Source of the DNA: a virus
IMG/VR virus record: IMGVR_UViG_3300025418_000011
DNA length: 64,000 nucleotides
Strand: one strand, 5' to 3'
The notes under the pieces were generated by a model that was not told the origin of the DNA, searched no databases, and was given only the letters and a program-made list of their open reading frames with translations. Positions within the stretch are counted from its first letter, which is position 1, and every line of letters begins with the position of its first letter. Both the position numbers and the translations under genes were made by a program. Below are positions 1-9,053 of the stretch, one piece after another.

Positions 1-1
1 A

Positions 2-3000
2 TCAAATTTGATATATGGGTTATTTCCAGACGTAACTGTTGATTTTTACCCCGCGTCAAATATAAATCCACCCATATACAATTTTTATCCTAGCTTCGTT
101 TTATATAAGCAATTTTCAGACCTTAGCCCGTTAGCTTTAGTATCCTCCGCTAATCCAACCACAAAATTTGCTATCGCTGGCTTTACAGCAGGCACAGGCC
201 CAACAGGAGCCTCTCAATCCAACTTAGGGTATTTCGGAGTTACTTCAAACACAACAATACAAGTAGGCACAGGGACAAGAACATTTACTGTTAATACTAT
301 AGGATCTTTTGCGGCTGGGGATAGTGTCATGGTTACAAACACAGGAGGAATAAACCTCAGCTATATGATAGGAACAATATCTGCTATTTATAGCGGAAAC
401 CGTATGACGATATCAGTTAGCAGTGTTGGGGGTAATGGTGGAACATTTTCTAGCTGGGAAATATCTTTATATTCCACAACATTTCCAGGTCCTACAGGCT
501 CATCAGGCTCATCAGGCCCTGCATGGCCGGATTTACCAATCACACTAACTCCTCCATATTACCCTGGGCTTCCCCCACTACTAACAATAGATAACAGTGG
601 AGCCTTAATTGGAACAGTTTTACCTAATATGCTAAACAAGAGCTATGGGTTGTCTATAACTGCTGTGGATTCTTTAGGAAACCAATCTCCCCCATACAAT
701 TGCATACTGGCATTTGAACCAAGAAAGTCACATGTATTTTGGGACACCCCAGATCCTATAATTTATGGTACCCCGTTAACAGACCAGCAATTAAATGCAT
801 CGTTTGATATATACACCGAGGGTGGAGTATTACTTTATAATTATCAATTAGGAGATGTATTGAACGTAGGAACAAACATTCTAACCGCGGAATACGTATC
901 GTCAGATATAAATGTAGCAGGCTCCACAAAATCTGTATCTCTTGTTATTACGCCTAACCTCATAACAGGGTTATCTTCAGACCAAACTTTTGAGTCTAGT
1001 ACAGGAGCTACTGGAGGTTCAGGTCCTTCATATAACATATTACCTTCTGTTTATTTAAACTCGTCATATACAGAAGATAACCCCTTATTTACTGTAAATA
1101 CTTTAATTTCGCTTGCGGATTATCACAACTTTGGTGGTTATATTTTTACTGCCACAGGACTACCAAATTCTTTAACAATAACTAATACTGGAAAGATTGT
1201 TGGTAGCTATCCGCAGATTTCAGAAATAAACCAAACATACAACGTTACTATAAATTTAGTTAATACTGTTGTTTATTATCCACAATCCGGTGCTCATTAT
1301 AACGATCCCCCTCCATTCAATTTTACGCTATCTATACAACCAATACCCACCAATATTACATGGCCTGCACTAGATCCTGTGGTTTATGGTACACCTATAA
1401 CCGAAGTGCAATTAAACGCAACAGCTGACGTGGCGGGATCTTTCACATATACCCCGGATTACGGCACAGTATTCAACGTAGGCAATAACACCATAACAGC
1501 AGTATTTACCCCAGACAGTGAAGACTATGGTTCAGCTACAGTTACAAACAATTTAACTGTATTGATTAATAAAATCACTTCATTTACCCCAGCAAGCTTT
1601 TTAAATTCATATTATTCTGCAGCCACAGGACCCTCCGGGCCTGTATATAGTCCTAATCCTTCTGAATACTTAAACAATGGACCTTACACAGGAGGCAACC
1701 CGTTGTTTTCTTTTGGTGCTGCTTCTACTGTATATACATACAGCGCAACAGGACTACCTTCTTCTTTAACTGTGGGAGGACTAGGAAATATCATAGGTAC
1801 ACCAAGTACGCAAGATTTGAATAAGGTATATTATATATCTCTATACGCTCAAGGTAATGATAATTACCAAAATAATCGCCCAAGGTCATTTTATTTGAAG
1901 TCTCCTCCTTATAATTTTGTTTTAGATTTAACCCCGAAAAATCACCCAGTATTAACTTGGTCTTCTCCGAATCCAATAACTTATGGTACTCCCTTGAGTA
2001 CAGACCAATTAAATGCCTCTTCAAACGTAGACGGAACTTTTACATATTCTCCAGCCTCAGGGACAGTATTAAATCATATCCATAACACATTGAATACTGT
2101 ATTTACCCCTACGTCTGTAGACTATTACACAGCCGAGGCATCAGTAAATATAAATGTAAACCCAGCAGGGGGCCCGATAGCAATAACAGGAATTTCTACA
2201 ACTCAAGCTATATATCAATCACATACCGGTTCAACAGGCTCAACAGGTACATATTATAATTTCTTGCCTTCTGTTTATCTGGCTGCGGGGCCATACACAG
2301 ACAATAATCCGCTACTTACAGTAAACACGGATGTCTTGGCTTCCGGTTTCATCGCTCAAGGTTTACCAAATACCCTATCTATAAACACCAACGGAAATAT
2401 TATAGGTACCCCTGTAGCTAGTCAGTTAAACGCGATTTATAATGTCACTGTATATGCTAATAATAATGGGACATTATCAAGCGCATTCCATTTTGTACTG
2501 AGTATTCAGAAAGGCATACCACAACTTAATTGGGATAATCCTGCAGATATAGTTTATAAAACACAGTTAATTCCTGGAGCCCAGTTGAATGCCACAACTG
2601 ACGTTTTGGGTAAATACGTATATGATCCCGTCCCAGGAACAATTTTAATGGTTGGTACAAATATTCCGCTACACGTCACTTTCACGCCAAACTCAAGTGA
2701 TTTTATACCCGTCACGAAAACCGTGCATATAAATGTAGTGCCAGCAACAACAAACTTAGTAACCATAACAGGGGTAGCAGTAAATATTCCAGTCCTTAGC
2801 CAAACAAGTCAGGTTAGTTATGTAAAACCTCCGGGCCTAAATTATTCTTTCCCTGTATATGTGAATGTATACACTATTATGCCTTCTGTTTATTTAAATT
2901 CAGGACCATACACAGACGATAATCCATTAATTTCAATAACCACAGATAATCCTCCATTTGGATTTCAGGCAATAGGGTTGCCTGAAGGATTATCGATAAG

Positions 3001-3361
3001 TGCAAATGGAAACATAGTTGGCAACCCAAGCAGTAATGATATAGATAGACTTTTCTCGATATCTATATCTCCCGATAATTTGGTATACAGCGCACAGGTA
3101 ATATATATTACGCTAGGTATACCCAAACAAGATCCGGTAATTACTTGGCCACAAATAACTCACGTAGGTGTTCCCTGGTTTACGGGGGCTTATGGAGCCA
3201 CTGCTTCTGTTCCTGGTACATTCATTTATGCCCCAGATTATGCGGAGTATGATTACGGAGGTAGCTATACTTGGTCAGCTACTTTCTATCCTAGCAACAG
3301 CACTGACTATAATATTATCCCAGCTACCACCACACTTCAGTTAATTGGTCGCAATTATTAA
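2..3361 (+). CDS. Large Ig-like repeat virion/tail-fibre or adhesin protein, 5'-truncated
   Basis: Frame open from position 2. Five copies of a two-domain unit: a putative-Ig (He_PIG-like) G-L-P-x-x-L-(T/S)-I...G-x-I-x-G segment plus a W-x(6-7)-YGTPL...QLNA...GTVL domain (fifth copy degenerate), joined by TGxTG linkers. Confidence 0.7.
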   Translation, partial: SNLIYGLFPDVTVDFYPASNINPPIYNFYPSFVLYKQFSDLSPLALVSSANPTTKFAIAGFTAGTGPTGASQSNLGYFGVTSNTTIQVGTGTRTFTVNTIGSFAAGDSVMVTNTGGINLSYMIGTISAIYSGNRMTISVSSVGGNGGTFSSWEISLYSTTFPGPTGSSGSSGPAWPDLPITLTPPYYPGLPPLLTIDNSGALIGTVLPNMLNKSYGLSITAVDSLGNQSPPYNCILAFEPRKSHVFWDTPDPIIYGTPLTDQQLNASFDIYTEGGVLLYNYQLGDVLNVGTNILTAEYVSSDINVAGSTKSVSLVITPNLITGLSSDQTFESSTGATGGSGPSYNILPSVYLNSSYTEDNPLFTVNTLISLADYHNFGGYIFTATGLPNSLTITNTGKIVGSYPQISEINQTYNVTINLVNTVVYYPQSGAHYNDPPPFNFTLSIQPIPTNITWPALDPVVYGTPITEVQLNATADVAGSFTYTPDYGTVFNVGNNTITAVFTPDSEDYGSATVTNNLTVLINKITSFTPASFLNSYYSAATGPSGPVYSPNPSEYLNNGPYTGGNPLFSFGAASTVYTYSATGLPSSLTVGGLGNIIGTPSTQDLNKVYYISLYAQGNDNYQNNRPRSFYLKSPPYNFVLDLTPKNHPVLTWSSPNPITYGTPLSTDQLNASSNVDGTFTYSPASGTVLNHIHNTLNTVFTPTSVDYYTAEASVNINVNPAGGPIAITGISTTQAIYQSHTGSTGSTGTYYNFLPSVYLAAGPYTDNNPLLTVNTDVLASGFIAQGLPNTLSINTNGNIIGTPVASQLNAIYNVTVYANNNGTLSSAFHFVLSIQKGIPQLNWDNPADIVYKTQLIPGAQLNATTDVLGKYVYDPVPGTILMVGTNIPLHVTFTPNSSDFIPVTKTVHINVVPATTNLVTITGVAVNIPVLSQTSQVSYVKPPGLNYSFPVYVNVYTIMPSVYLNSGPYTDDNPLISITTDNPPFGFQAIGLPEGLSISANGNIVGNPSSNDIDRLFSISISPDNLVYSAQVIYITLGIPKQDPVITWPQITHVGVPWFTGAYGATASVPGTFIYAPDYAEYDYGGSYTWSATFYPSNSTDYNIIPATTTLQLIGRNY

Positions 3362-3404
3362 TCTCTTGTAAAACTGCTTTAAATTAAGATATAAATAAAT
3401 ACAG

Positions 3405-4805
3405 ATGGCTATCAATACTCTTAATTTTTTAAACAAAAACCAATTTAGGAGATACCCTCTTAAATCAGGATCTTCATTGACTTCTATAGACGGTAAAAAA
3501 ATAACAAATGAATTATTTGTAGGGGCGAGTATAACAACCACAATCGATCGTAAAAATATATTTATAAAGCAAGTATATGTGAATGGCTCGAATATAAGGG
3601 TTACTTTAGCTTGCCAGCTATCTAATTCTTTTTTTGAGACATTAGGTGTGTTTTACGGAACAATAACTAGTGACTTCACAAGCATTCCTTTAACAGAAAC
3701 AATGAGATTCACTAGCGGCAGCTTAATAATAGGCACAGCTGACGCAGTTGCAAGCATGGCCGGTACTTATACTTTTGATACAGAAGCCCTGCAATTAGAA
3801 GAATCTACTATTTTTTATTACACTCCGCCAGGTGTTACTAGTGTACAAAACAATGGAGCACAATTAAGGGGAAATGTTAATTTTGGAGTGCTTACCAATA
3901 TAATTAAATCCAGACCAAATAATAATCAAATTAATTTTGGTGTGATAGACACCGTGAGTGTAACAAGCCTGGCCGACAAATCTTCTATTTTTAATAATTG
4001 TAATACTCCTGTAATAAGACATATAGATGGGGCCACACCATTCTACCAAGCTTCAAATTCCGTAGACTCCTCAGGTAACAGTAATTATGTTCCGGAGTTG
4101 CAGGGAAATCTATTTATGGTAGGTATTTCACCAATCACATTTAAAAACGAACAAAATTTAGGAGCTTCAGGAACTTTAGAATATTTAGGAGGCTTAAAAA
4201 CTGAAACATTCTCTGCCTCTACAGGTGCACCAATTACTTTGAATACTCTATGTAACGCTAGAAATTCAGTGTTGCCTCCAACCGCGCCAATTTATATAAA
4301 CTCAGGGCACCTACAGGATCCTACTACCCCAACAGGAACCACAGGTGCCCTTGGCTTGGCTAGTTATTATACAAAATCAAATTACAAACCTGCAAATTTT
4401 TATTCTGCAGTAGATCCAGAATTTGTATGGTGGCCGCAATTTTTTACATACAGTAGCATAACTCCAAATAGCCCGATTGTTGCAAACCAAGGAACAACAG
4501 GAAGTGTTGGATATGCGGCTATCTCCGGTGTTCCATCACCCAAGTATACTCTGACTGTTGTATATGTAAACAAAGGTACAGCAGATTTAACTATATCGTT
4601 ATTTAAAAATGGAGTTAGCCTAAATGGCTTTTACGGAGTAGTTGTAAAAGCCAATAGCTCTGTAACTGTTAGAAGCACCAGCGATAGTAACTATACGTAT
4701 CATGATACATTTATAGGCATTGCTAACGGAGATCATTTTACAGTATCATTTGATTCTGTTTCTGGTGGAGTGTCTACACTGCAGCCATATATATACTATA
4801 GATAA
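3405..4805 (+). CDS. Putative virion structural protein (baseplate/tail), paralog 1 of 3
   Basis: 466-aa beta-rich S/T/G/N-rich ORF; N-terminal motif LNFLNKNQFRRYPL resembles the next two genes. Confidence 0.5.
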   Translation: MAINTLNFLNKNQFRRYPLKSGSSLTSIDGKKITNELFVGASITTTIDRKNIFIKQVYVNGSNIRVTLACQLSNSFFETLGVFYGTITSDFTSIPLTETMRFTSGSLIIGTADAVASMAGTYTFDTEALQLEESTIFYYTPPGVTSVQNNGAQLRGNVNFGVLTNIIKSRPNNNQINFGVIDTVSVTSLADKSSIFNNCNTPVIRHIDGATPFYQASNSVDSSGNSNYVPELQGNLFMVGISPITFKNEQNLGASGTLEYLGGLKTETFSASTGAPITLNTLCNARNSVLPPTAPIYINSGHLQDPTTPTGTTGALGLASYYTKSNYKPANFYSAVDPEFVWWPQFFTYSSITPNSPIVANQGTTGSVGYAAISGVPSPKYTLTVVYVNKGTADLTISLFKNGVSLNGFYGVVVKANSSVTVRSTSDSNYTYHDTFIGIANGDHFTVSFDSVSGGVSTLQPYIYYR

Positions 4806-4808
4806 AAT

Positions 4809-5597
4809 ATGTCTGAATATATTGCATTAGGTTGGCAAAATGAGAATGGATTAACAAATTATCCATTAACTTTGCCGTTTGAAATAAACGATTTGATTGT
4901 AGATGCTTCGTTTATACAATTTGATAATTATGTACCCTCTTTTGTAAACGTACTTATTGGTGCGGACTACATGACATTTAATATCTTATTTGACTTAGGT
5001 GAAGTTACCGCCACATACAACCATTCAGATTATTCAACCGGCGTTAAAAATTTAAGATTTTATGACCATGGTGGCGATAGATATATAGGTTGTTTAACTA
5101 TAGGCGTTGGTGCATTGAAAGCATGGAACAGTTATGTAGGTGAAAACTTAATAGCTGGAGCTTTAACAGGAGGACCTATACCATTCGTACCATCCACAGT
5201 AAAAAGCATCCCTCTCAATGACGCGGTGTATACTTTAGATAGCTCTTACGGGTTTATTTCATTAGGAGCAAATCAAGACATAGCGGACACTTTTACAGAT
5301 ATTGGTGGAATAATTTATCAAACCTCCGCAGGGGGTAACACAATATTTTATAATGCCGTTAATTCCCCTCCATCTATCACGTTTAATGCTGTGGGAAATA
5401 GTGTTCCTCCGGCTACTAACAATATATATCCATTAAAACAAATAAACTTAACAAAACCTAAAAATAATAATATTACCATAGGCGGAAATGATATTATTAA
5501 GTTTAATTCTATAAATAATCAAAATCTTGAAATATATGTCGCCGGTCAAGGCGGAGCTAGTTCTTCTAACTTAGTATTGACCACATTATCTATGTAA
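4809..5597 (+). CDS. Putative virion structural protein, paralog 2 of 3
   Basis: 262 aa; N-terminal LGWQNENGLTNYPL; tightly packed in the structural operon. Confidence 0.5.
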   Translation: MSEYIALGWQNENGLTNYPLTLPFEINDLIVDASFIQFDNYVPSFVNVLIGADYMTFNILFDLGEVTATYNHSDYSTGVKNLRFYDHGGDRYIGCLTIGVGALKAWNSYVGENLIAGALTGGPIPFVPSTVKSIPLNDAVYTLDSSYGFISLGANQDIADTFTDIGGIIYQTSAGGNTIFYNAVNSPPSITFNAVGNSVPPATNNIYPLKQINLTKPKNNNITIGGNDIIKFNSINNQNLEIYVAGQGGASSSNLVLTTLSM

Positions 5598-5598
5598 T

Positions 5599-6501
5599 AT
5601 GGAAGCACTAGAATGGTTAAATGAAAACTCCCTAAGGAATTATCCATTACTTGACGACGTTCCGGCTAATGGTTTACCAGAGAGCGCTATATTAGATTTG
5701 CAGCTGATTTTAAATTCTCCTTCAAACGTATCTGGAGCTAAATTAATAGATATCACAATAAGCAGTGTGTCTAAAGATATTTCAATTAATTTTACAGAAA
5801 ATTCATTTTACTATAGTTTAATCGATAACAACTTAAACACGTTTTCAGACATACAGTTTCCTTTGTATATCAGAAATTCCTCAGGCAGTCTTTTAGTTTT
5901 AGGAGATGGGCTTTTAAAAATACCTGTAAATACTCCTACTACATACAACCTACCTGTTGAGCCCGCCACAGTATTTGAATTTGGAGGTGCTTGGTTGGGT
6001 GTTAGAAGTATTAACCAAACTCCCAACTATGCCACAAACTCGGGAGATATTTCTCCGGCGTTACCCCTGACTTCAATAAGTGGAATAGCTACTGCAGGTG
6101 ACGTGGAGTTTATTCCTGGCTATAACTATCAAATAAATTTTGATAATAGTTTGATAAACATGACTGCGGCATATGCGTTAGGCTTACAAATGGACTGCAC
6201 AACAAGATTTTTACCTCCCCAATATCATGATTGCCCAGATATTGTTTCTTATATTAATGGAATTCCGCCAGACAGCGACGGTATTTTCAAGTTTGTGCAA
6301 GGCAATAACATTTATTTAGTAGACGGGAATTCTGTACAACAGCCTATACAAGATACAAATATATCTCCTCCGCTAGGTAGCTATACAGATATTTCTGGAA
6401 ATCAGCAAACAGGACTTAACAACAACACAGTATTTGTAGGGTTGACATTCTTAGAATCTGATTTATGCTCTCCTGTACAGCTATTGCCTACAAATAATTA
6501 A
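5599..6501 (+). CDS. Putative virion structural protein, paralog 3 of 3
   Basis: 300 aa; N-terminal LEWLNENSLRNYPL; C-terminal SYINGIPPD motif and Cys residues. Confidence 0.5.
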   Translation: MEALEWLNENSLRNYPLLDDVPANGLPESAILDLQLILNSPSNVSGAKLIDITISSVSKDISINFTENSFYYSLIDNNLNTFSDIQFPLYIRNSSGSLLVLGDGLLKIPVNTPTTYNLPVEPATVFEFGGAWLGVRSINQTPNYATNSGDISPALPLTSISGIATAGDVEFIPGYNYQINFDNSLINMTAAYALGLQMDCTTRFLPPQYHDCPDIVSYINGIPPDSDGIFKFVQGNNIYLVDGNSVQQPIQDTNISPPLGSYTDISGNQQTGLNNNTVFVGLTFLESDLCSPVQLLPTNN

Positions 6502-6511
6502 AAATACATAT

Positions 6512-6829
6512 ATGAATACACCTAAGAAAAAAATGGTATTTACAAGTGTTAATCAAATATTAAATTTGATCAAATCCACTCCAGCTCTTCAGCAACTACC
6601 GAGGTTTGCCACATTCAAGAACGCTGAGTTGAGTACTGCCCCTGTTAAAAGCTGCAATTGCTCTAAAAATATCATAACCCCGGATATCAATAAACAGATG
6701 CTTGAGAATACATTATCTTCTCTCACAGATGCCGATTTCTTGACGATCAAAGGAGTGCTTGGACTAGATGAGCTTTGCTATTACAAGCGGATTGCAGGAA
6801 ACGGTAGATTAGAGATGATTTGCGTTTAA
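6512..6829 (+). CDS. Hypothetical protein
   Basis: 105-aa ORF in the operon, contains CxC motif. Confidence 0.6.
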   Translation: MNTPKKKMVFTSVNQILNLIKSTPALQQLPRFATFKNAELSTAPVKSCNCSKNIITPDINKQMLENTLSSLTDADFLTIKGVLGLDELCYYKRIAGNGRLEMICV

Positions 6830-6832
6830 TTA

Positions 6833-7543
6833 GTGGGTATAATAAGCAGTATGAACCCAGAAAATCAGCATATTGCATATTATATAAATTCATCGGCAGG
6901 TAAAAGCATACCATTACCCCTGGAGAGCATAGATGGATCTATAGATTGCAAAAAGTCTATAATCAGGTGCAGGAAAAATTCACCGCTGCAGGAGTATGTT
7001 TCACCCCTAGGTTATAGGGGTTTTCCTGGTGTACCTTATGAGCAAGGAGTTCCAAACCCTGATACATATTATCAGGGAGAGGATATCGTATTAGATAGTA
7101 TGCTTGTTTATCTTGGGGAAATGGTAGACCACAATAAATACACAATTTCTGTAGTAGTTAAGCCTGATCCTCACTCTTTAACTCCCACATGGGTAGGTAG
7201 TATTGATAATGGAATTTATTCTACAGATAGAGTGGGGTTCTACCAGATCTGGATACCGTCAGCAACCACACAGAATCTTTTTGCTGGTTCGTACTATTTA
7301 GACGTTATTCTTAAAGAACACGTCGGTAAAGGTGCTGGCGTTAAAGACCGCACCATGTTCTTGTTAACATATATTTTTAACGTAGAGTATAGCGCAGGTA
7401 GCAAACATCCAGAAAACTCGTCTAACTCTGGCGGTTTGCCTAATAGAGGAGAGCTAGAGAACACCTGGCCACCTGCGGCTGATATAATCGGGACATCAAC
7501 AAACCACAACACATACACAGCTCCTAGTCAGTACCCCCTTTAA
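6833..7543 (+). CDS. Hypothetical, probably structural beta-sandwich protein
   Basis: 236-aa ORF (ATG alternative at 6851); ends the + strand structural block. Confidence 0.5.
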   Translation: MGIISSMNPENQHIAYYINSSAGKSIPLPLESIDGSIDCKKSIIRCRKNSPLQEYVSPLGYRGFPGVPYEQGVPNPDTYYQGEDIVLDSMLVYLGEMVDHNKYTISVVVKPDPHSLTPTWVGSIDNGIYSTDRVGFYQIWIPSATTQNLFAGSYYLDVILKEHVGKGAGVKDRTMFLLTYIFNVEYSAGSKHPENSSNSGGLPNRGELENTWPPAADIIGTSTNHNTYTAPSQYPL

Positions 7544-7602
7544 TTACTCCGCTTATTTTTTGGTATAACTTAATAAGTGGCAATGTTTCGCCATTTATTT
7601 AA

Positions 7603-7857
7603 ATGCTTGTTGCAAAATTCTTAGAAAAATTAGATTGGGTTTCAGACTCTAGGTTGTATAGTTTGTCGTCCCCCTTAAAAGGACACAATTACATAATTGT
7701 GTCCTCCTCAGAAGGACAGATTCCAGACACAGCAATCTATGGCGCAGATAAGTACGGCAATCCTCTAGACTTTGAGGACCTGCCAGGAAGTTACACAGGA
7801 ACAAGTCATATGGAGGCGTTAAGAAGAGCGGGATATATACTTTTTATAAATGAATAA
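7603..7857 (+). CDS. Hypothetical protein
   Basis: 84-aa ORF after TGGTATAACT (7561-7570); overlaps next ORF. Confidence 0.6.
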   Translation: MLVAKFLEKLDWVSDSRLYSLSSPLKGHNYIIVSSSEGQIPDTAIYGADKYGNPLDFEDLPGSYTGTSHMEALRRAGYILFINE

Positions 7858-8041
7858 AAAAGTAATAACAAACCCCGAAGCAAGTGCATTGGGGTTCAAA
7901 GAAAAACCATACAGAAAGTGGCCAGAAGACAAAAATCTAGTAGTCTTAACCATAAACGGTTGGGATGACTTATTTTTTGATCGTGAAGGCACCCTTGTGT
8001 ATCTAACCACACTAAATAAACATGAGTCACGAAATAGTTGA
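7850..8041 (+). CDS. Hypothetical protein
   Basis: 63-aa ORF with coupled overlaps. Confidence 0.5.
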   Translation: MNKKVITNPEASALGFKEKPYRKWPEDKNLVVLTINGWDDLFFDREGTLVYLTTLNKHESRNS

Positions 8042-8306
8042 TAAACTTATAGAGGAAAATAAAAATCTTAAAACTAGGCTTGATATACACGAGAATATTG
8101 CGGTACAACTAACGAATACGATAGGCGAACTCACCCAGGCTCTCGAACAAGCAAAGGCTAAAATAGAGGTACTAGAGAGTGATACGAAGATCGTTAAAAT
8201 TCAAAATAGTGACGACACTTACGTTTCGGTGGACGACATTTTTTGTTTAAGAAAAAAAGACAAAAAAGAAATAGCAAGATTAAACCAATTACTTAACGGA
8301 GTATGA
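8022..8306 (+). CDS. Hypothetical coiled-coil protein
   Basis: 94 aa with heptad-like charged helix. Confidence 0.55.
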   Translation: MSHEIVDKLIEENKNLKTRLDIHENIAVQLTNTIGELTQALEQAKAKIEVLESDTKIVKIQNSDDTYVSVDDIFCLRKKDKKEIARLNQLLNGV

Positions 8307-8404
8307 CCAGAAAAAAAGAAGACCTTCTCTGCCTAGTGGCTACATCATTTGTTCTCCTGATTATTTCAGGATTAGCAATTAATTCACTGACAGGAAATAA
8401 ATAA
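8303..8404 (+). CDS. Small single-TM protein (33 aa, MTRKKEDLLCLVATSFVLLIISGLAINSLTGNK)
   Basis: Manual translation; ATGA overlap with upstream stop; basic N-terminus then hydrophobic stretch. Confidence 0.4.
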   Translation: MTRKKEDLLCLVATSFVLLIISGLAINSLTGNK

Positions 8405-8443
8405 CCCCCCCATAATATAGCTTAACTTTTCAGGTATAATAAA

Positions 8444-8471
8444 TTGATAACAAGATTTGTTAGGCTATATT
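8444..8471 (+). promoter_or_regulatory. Sigma70-like promoter for the ncRNA island
   Basis: TTGATA-N16-TATATT; predicted start about 8478-8481 matches the 5' end of hairpin RNA A. A 13-bp inverted repeat (8414-8426 / 8459-8471) overlaps the -10. Confidence 0.45.
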
Positions 8472-8480
8472 TTTTAGTTT

Positions 8481-8608
8481 ATAGATTCGGATCTGTGTGT
8501 CCGCTAATTAGCTAAAGGTCCACGGCTGATATTGTGTGTACAATGGCGCTCTGCTCGGCCGAGCACCGCATAGAGACACATAGCAAACGGGCACACAGAT
8601 CCATCTAT
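8481..8608 (+). ncRNA. Candidate rod-shaped ncRNA A (unassigned, possibly 6S-like)
   Basis: GGATCTGTGTGTCCG (8489-8503) pairs with CGGGCACACAGATCC (8588-8602), 15 bp with one G-U; ATAGAT/ATCTAT outer pair; apical TGCTC-GGCC-GAGCA; no ORF. Confidence 0.6.
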
Positions 8609-8622
8609 TTTTGTAATGCTAC

Positions 8623-9015
8623 TTGCGATTAGTCTGGACTATAACCAGAGTCGTAAACCGTCTCAAGTCGGGAAGAGGTGGAATCATGGCCGCCTGAAAA
8701 GCAGAGAGCAAAAAATGGCGCAGCAAGGAATAAACTGACGAGTTTATTGAAAGGGTTTCCAACTTATTGGTGGAAACTGGTGTGGCACAACCCCCACACT
8801 AAATGACAATCTCACGGATACTGCAACCACCGTGAACAAATCATTCGCCTCACCACGAGGTTTGCAGACATCGTGGTAGGAACGCGCCTAAACCTTTTAA
8901 AATAATTCTGTGAGTAGAGTATGGGTAATTCCCATAACACGCTCTGTAAAGATAAACAACCTAATGCTGGGTGTTATTTTTACAGATCACGGTGATGATC
9001 ACACAGAGTTATTTT
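8623..9015 (+). ncRNA. Candidate large multi-junction ncRNA B (unassigned)
   Basis: About 390 nt ORF-free and relatively GC-rich; at least 10 helices traced by hand, with G-U wobbles consistent with the + strand. Confidence 0.6.
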
Positions 9016-9053
9016 TTAACCCCTGAAACCAAACAACCAACCAAAACCAAAAA

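Noticed and set aside
8735-8752. Hammerhead-like CTGACGA...GAAA (also CTGATGA at 10291)
   Set aside because: Stem II cannot form and the stem I/III partners with a cleavage triplet are missing; both sites sit in ordinary hairpins.
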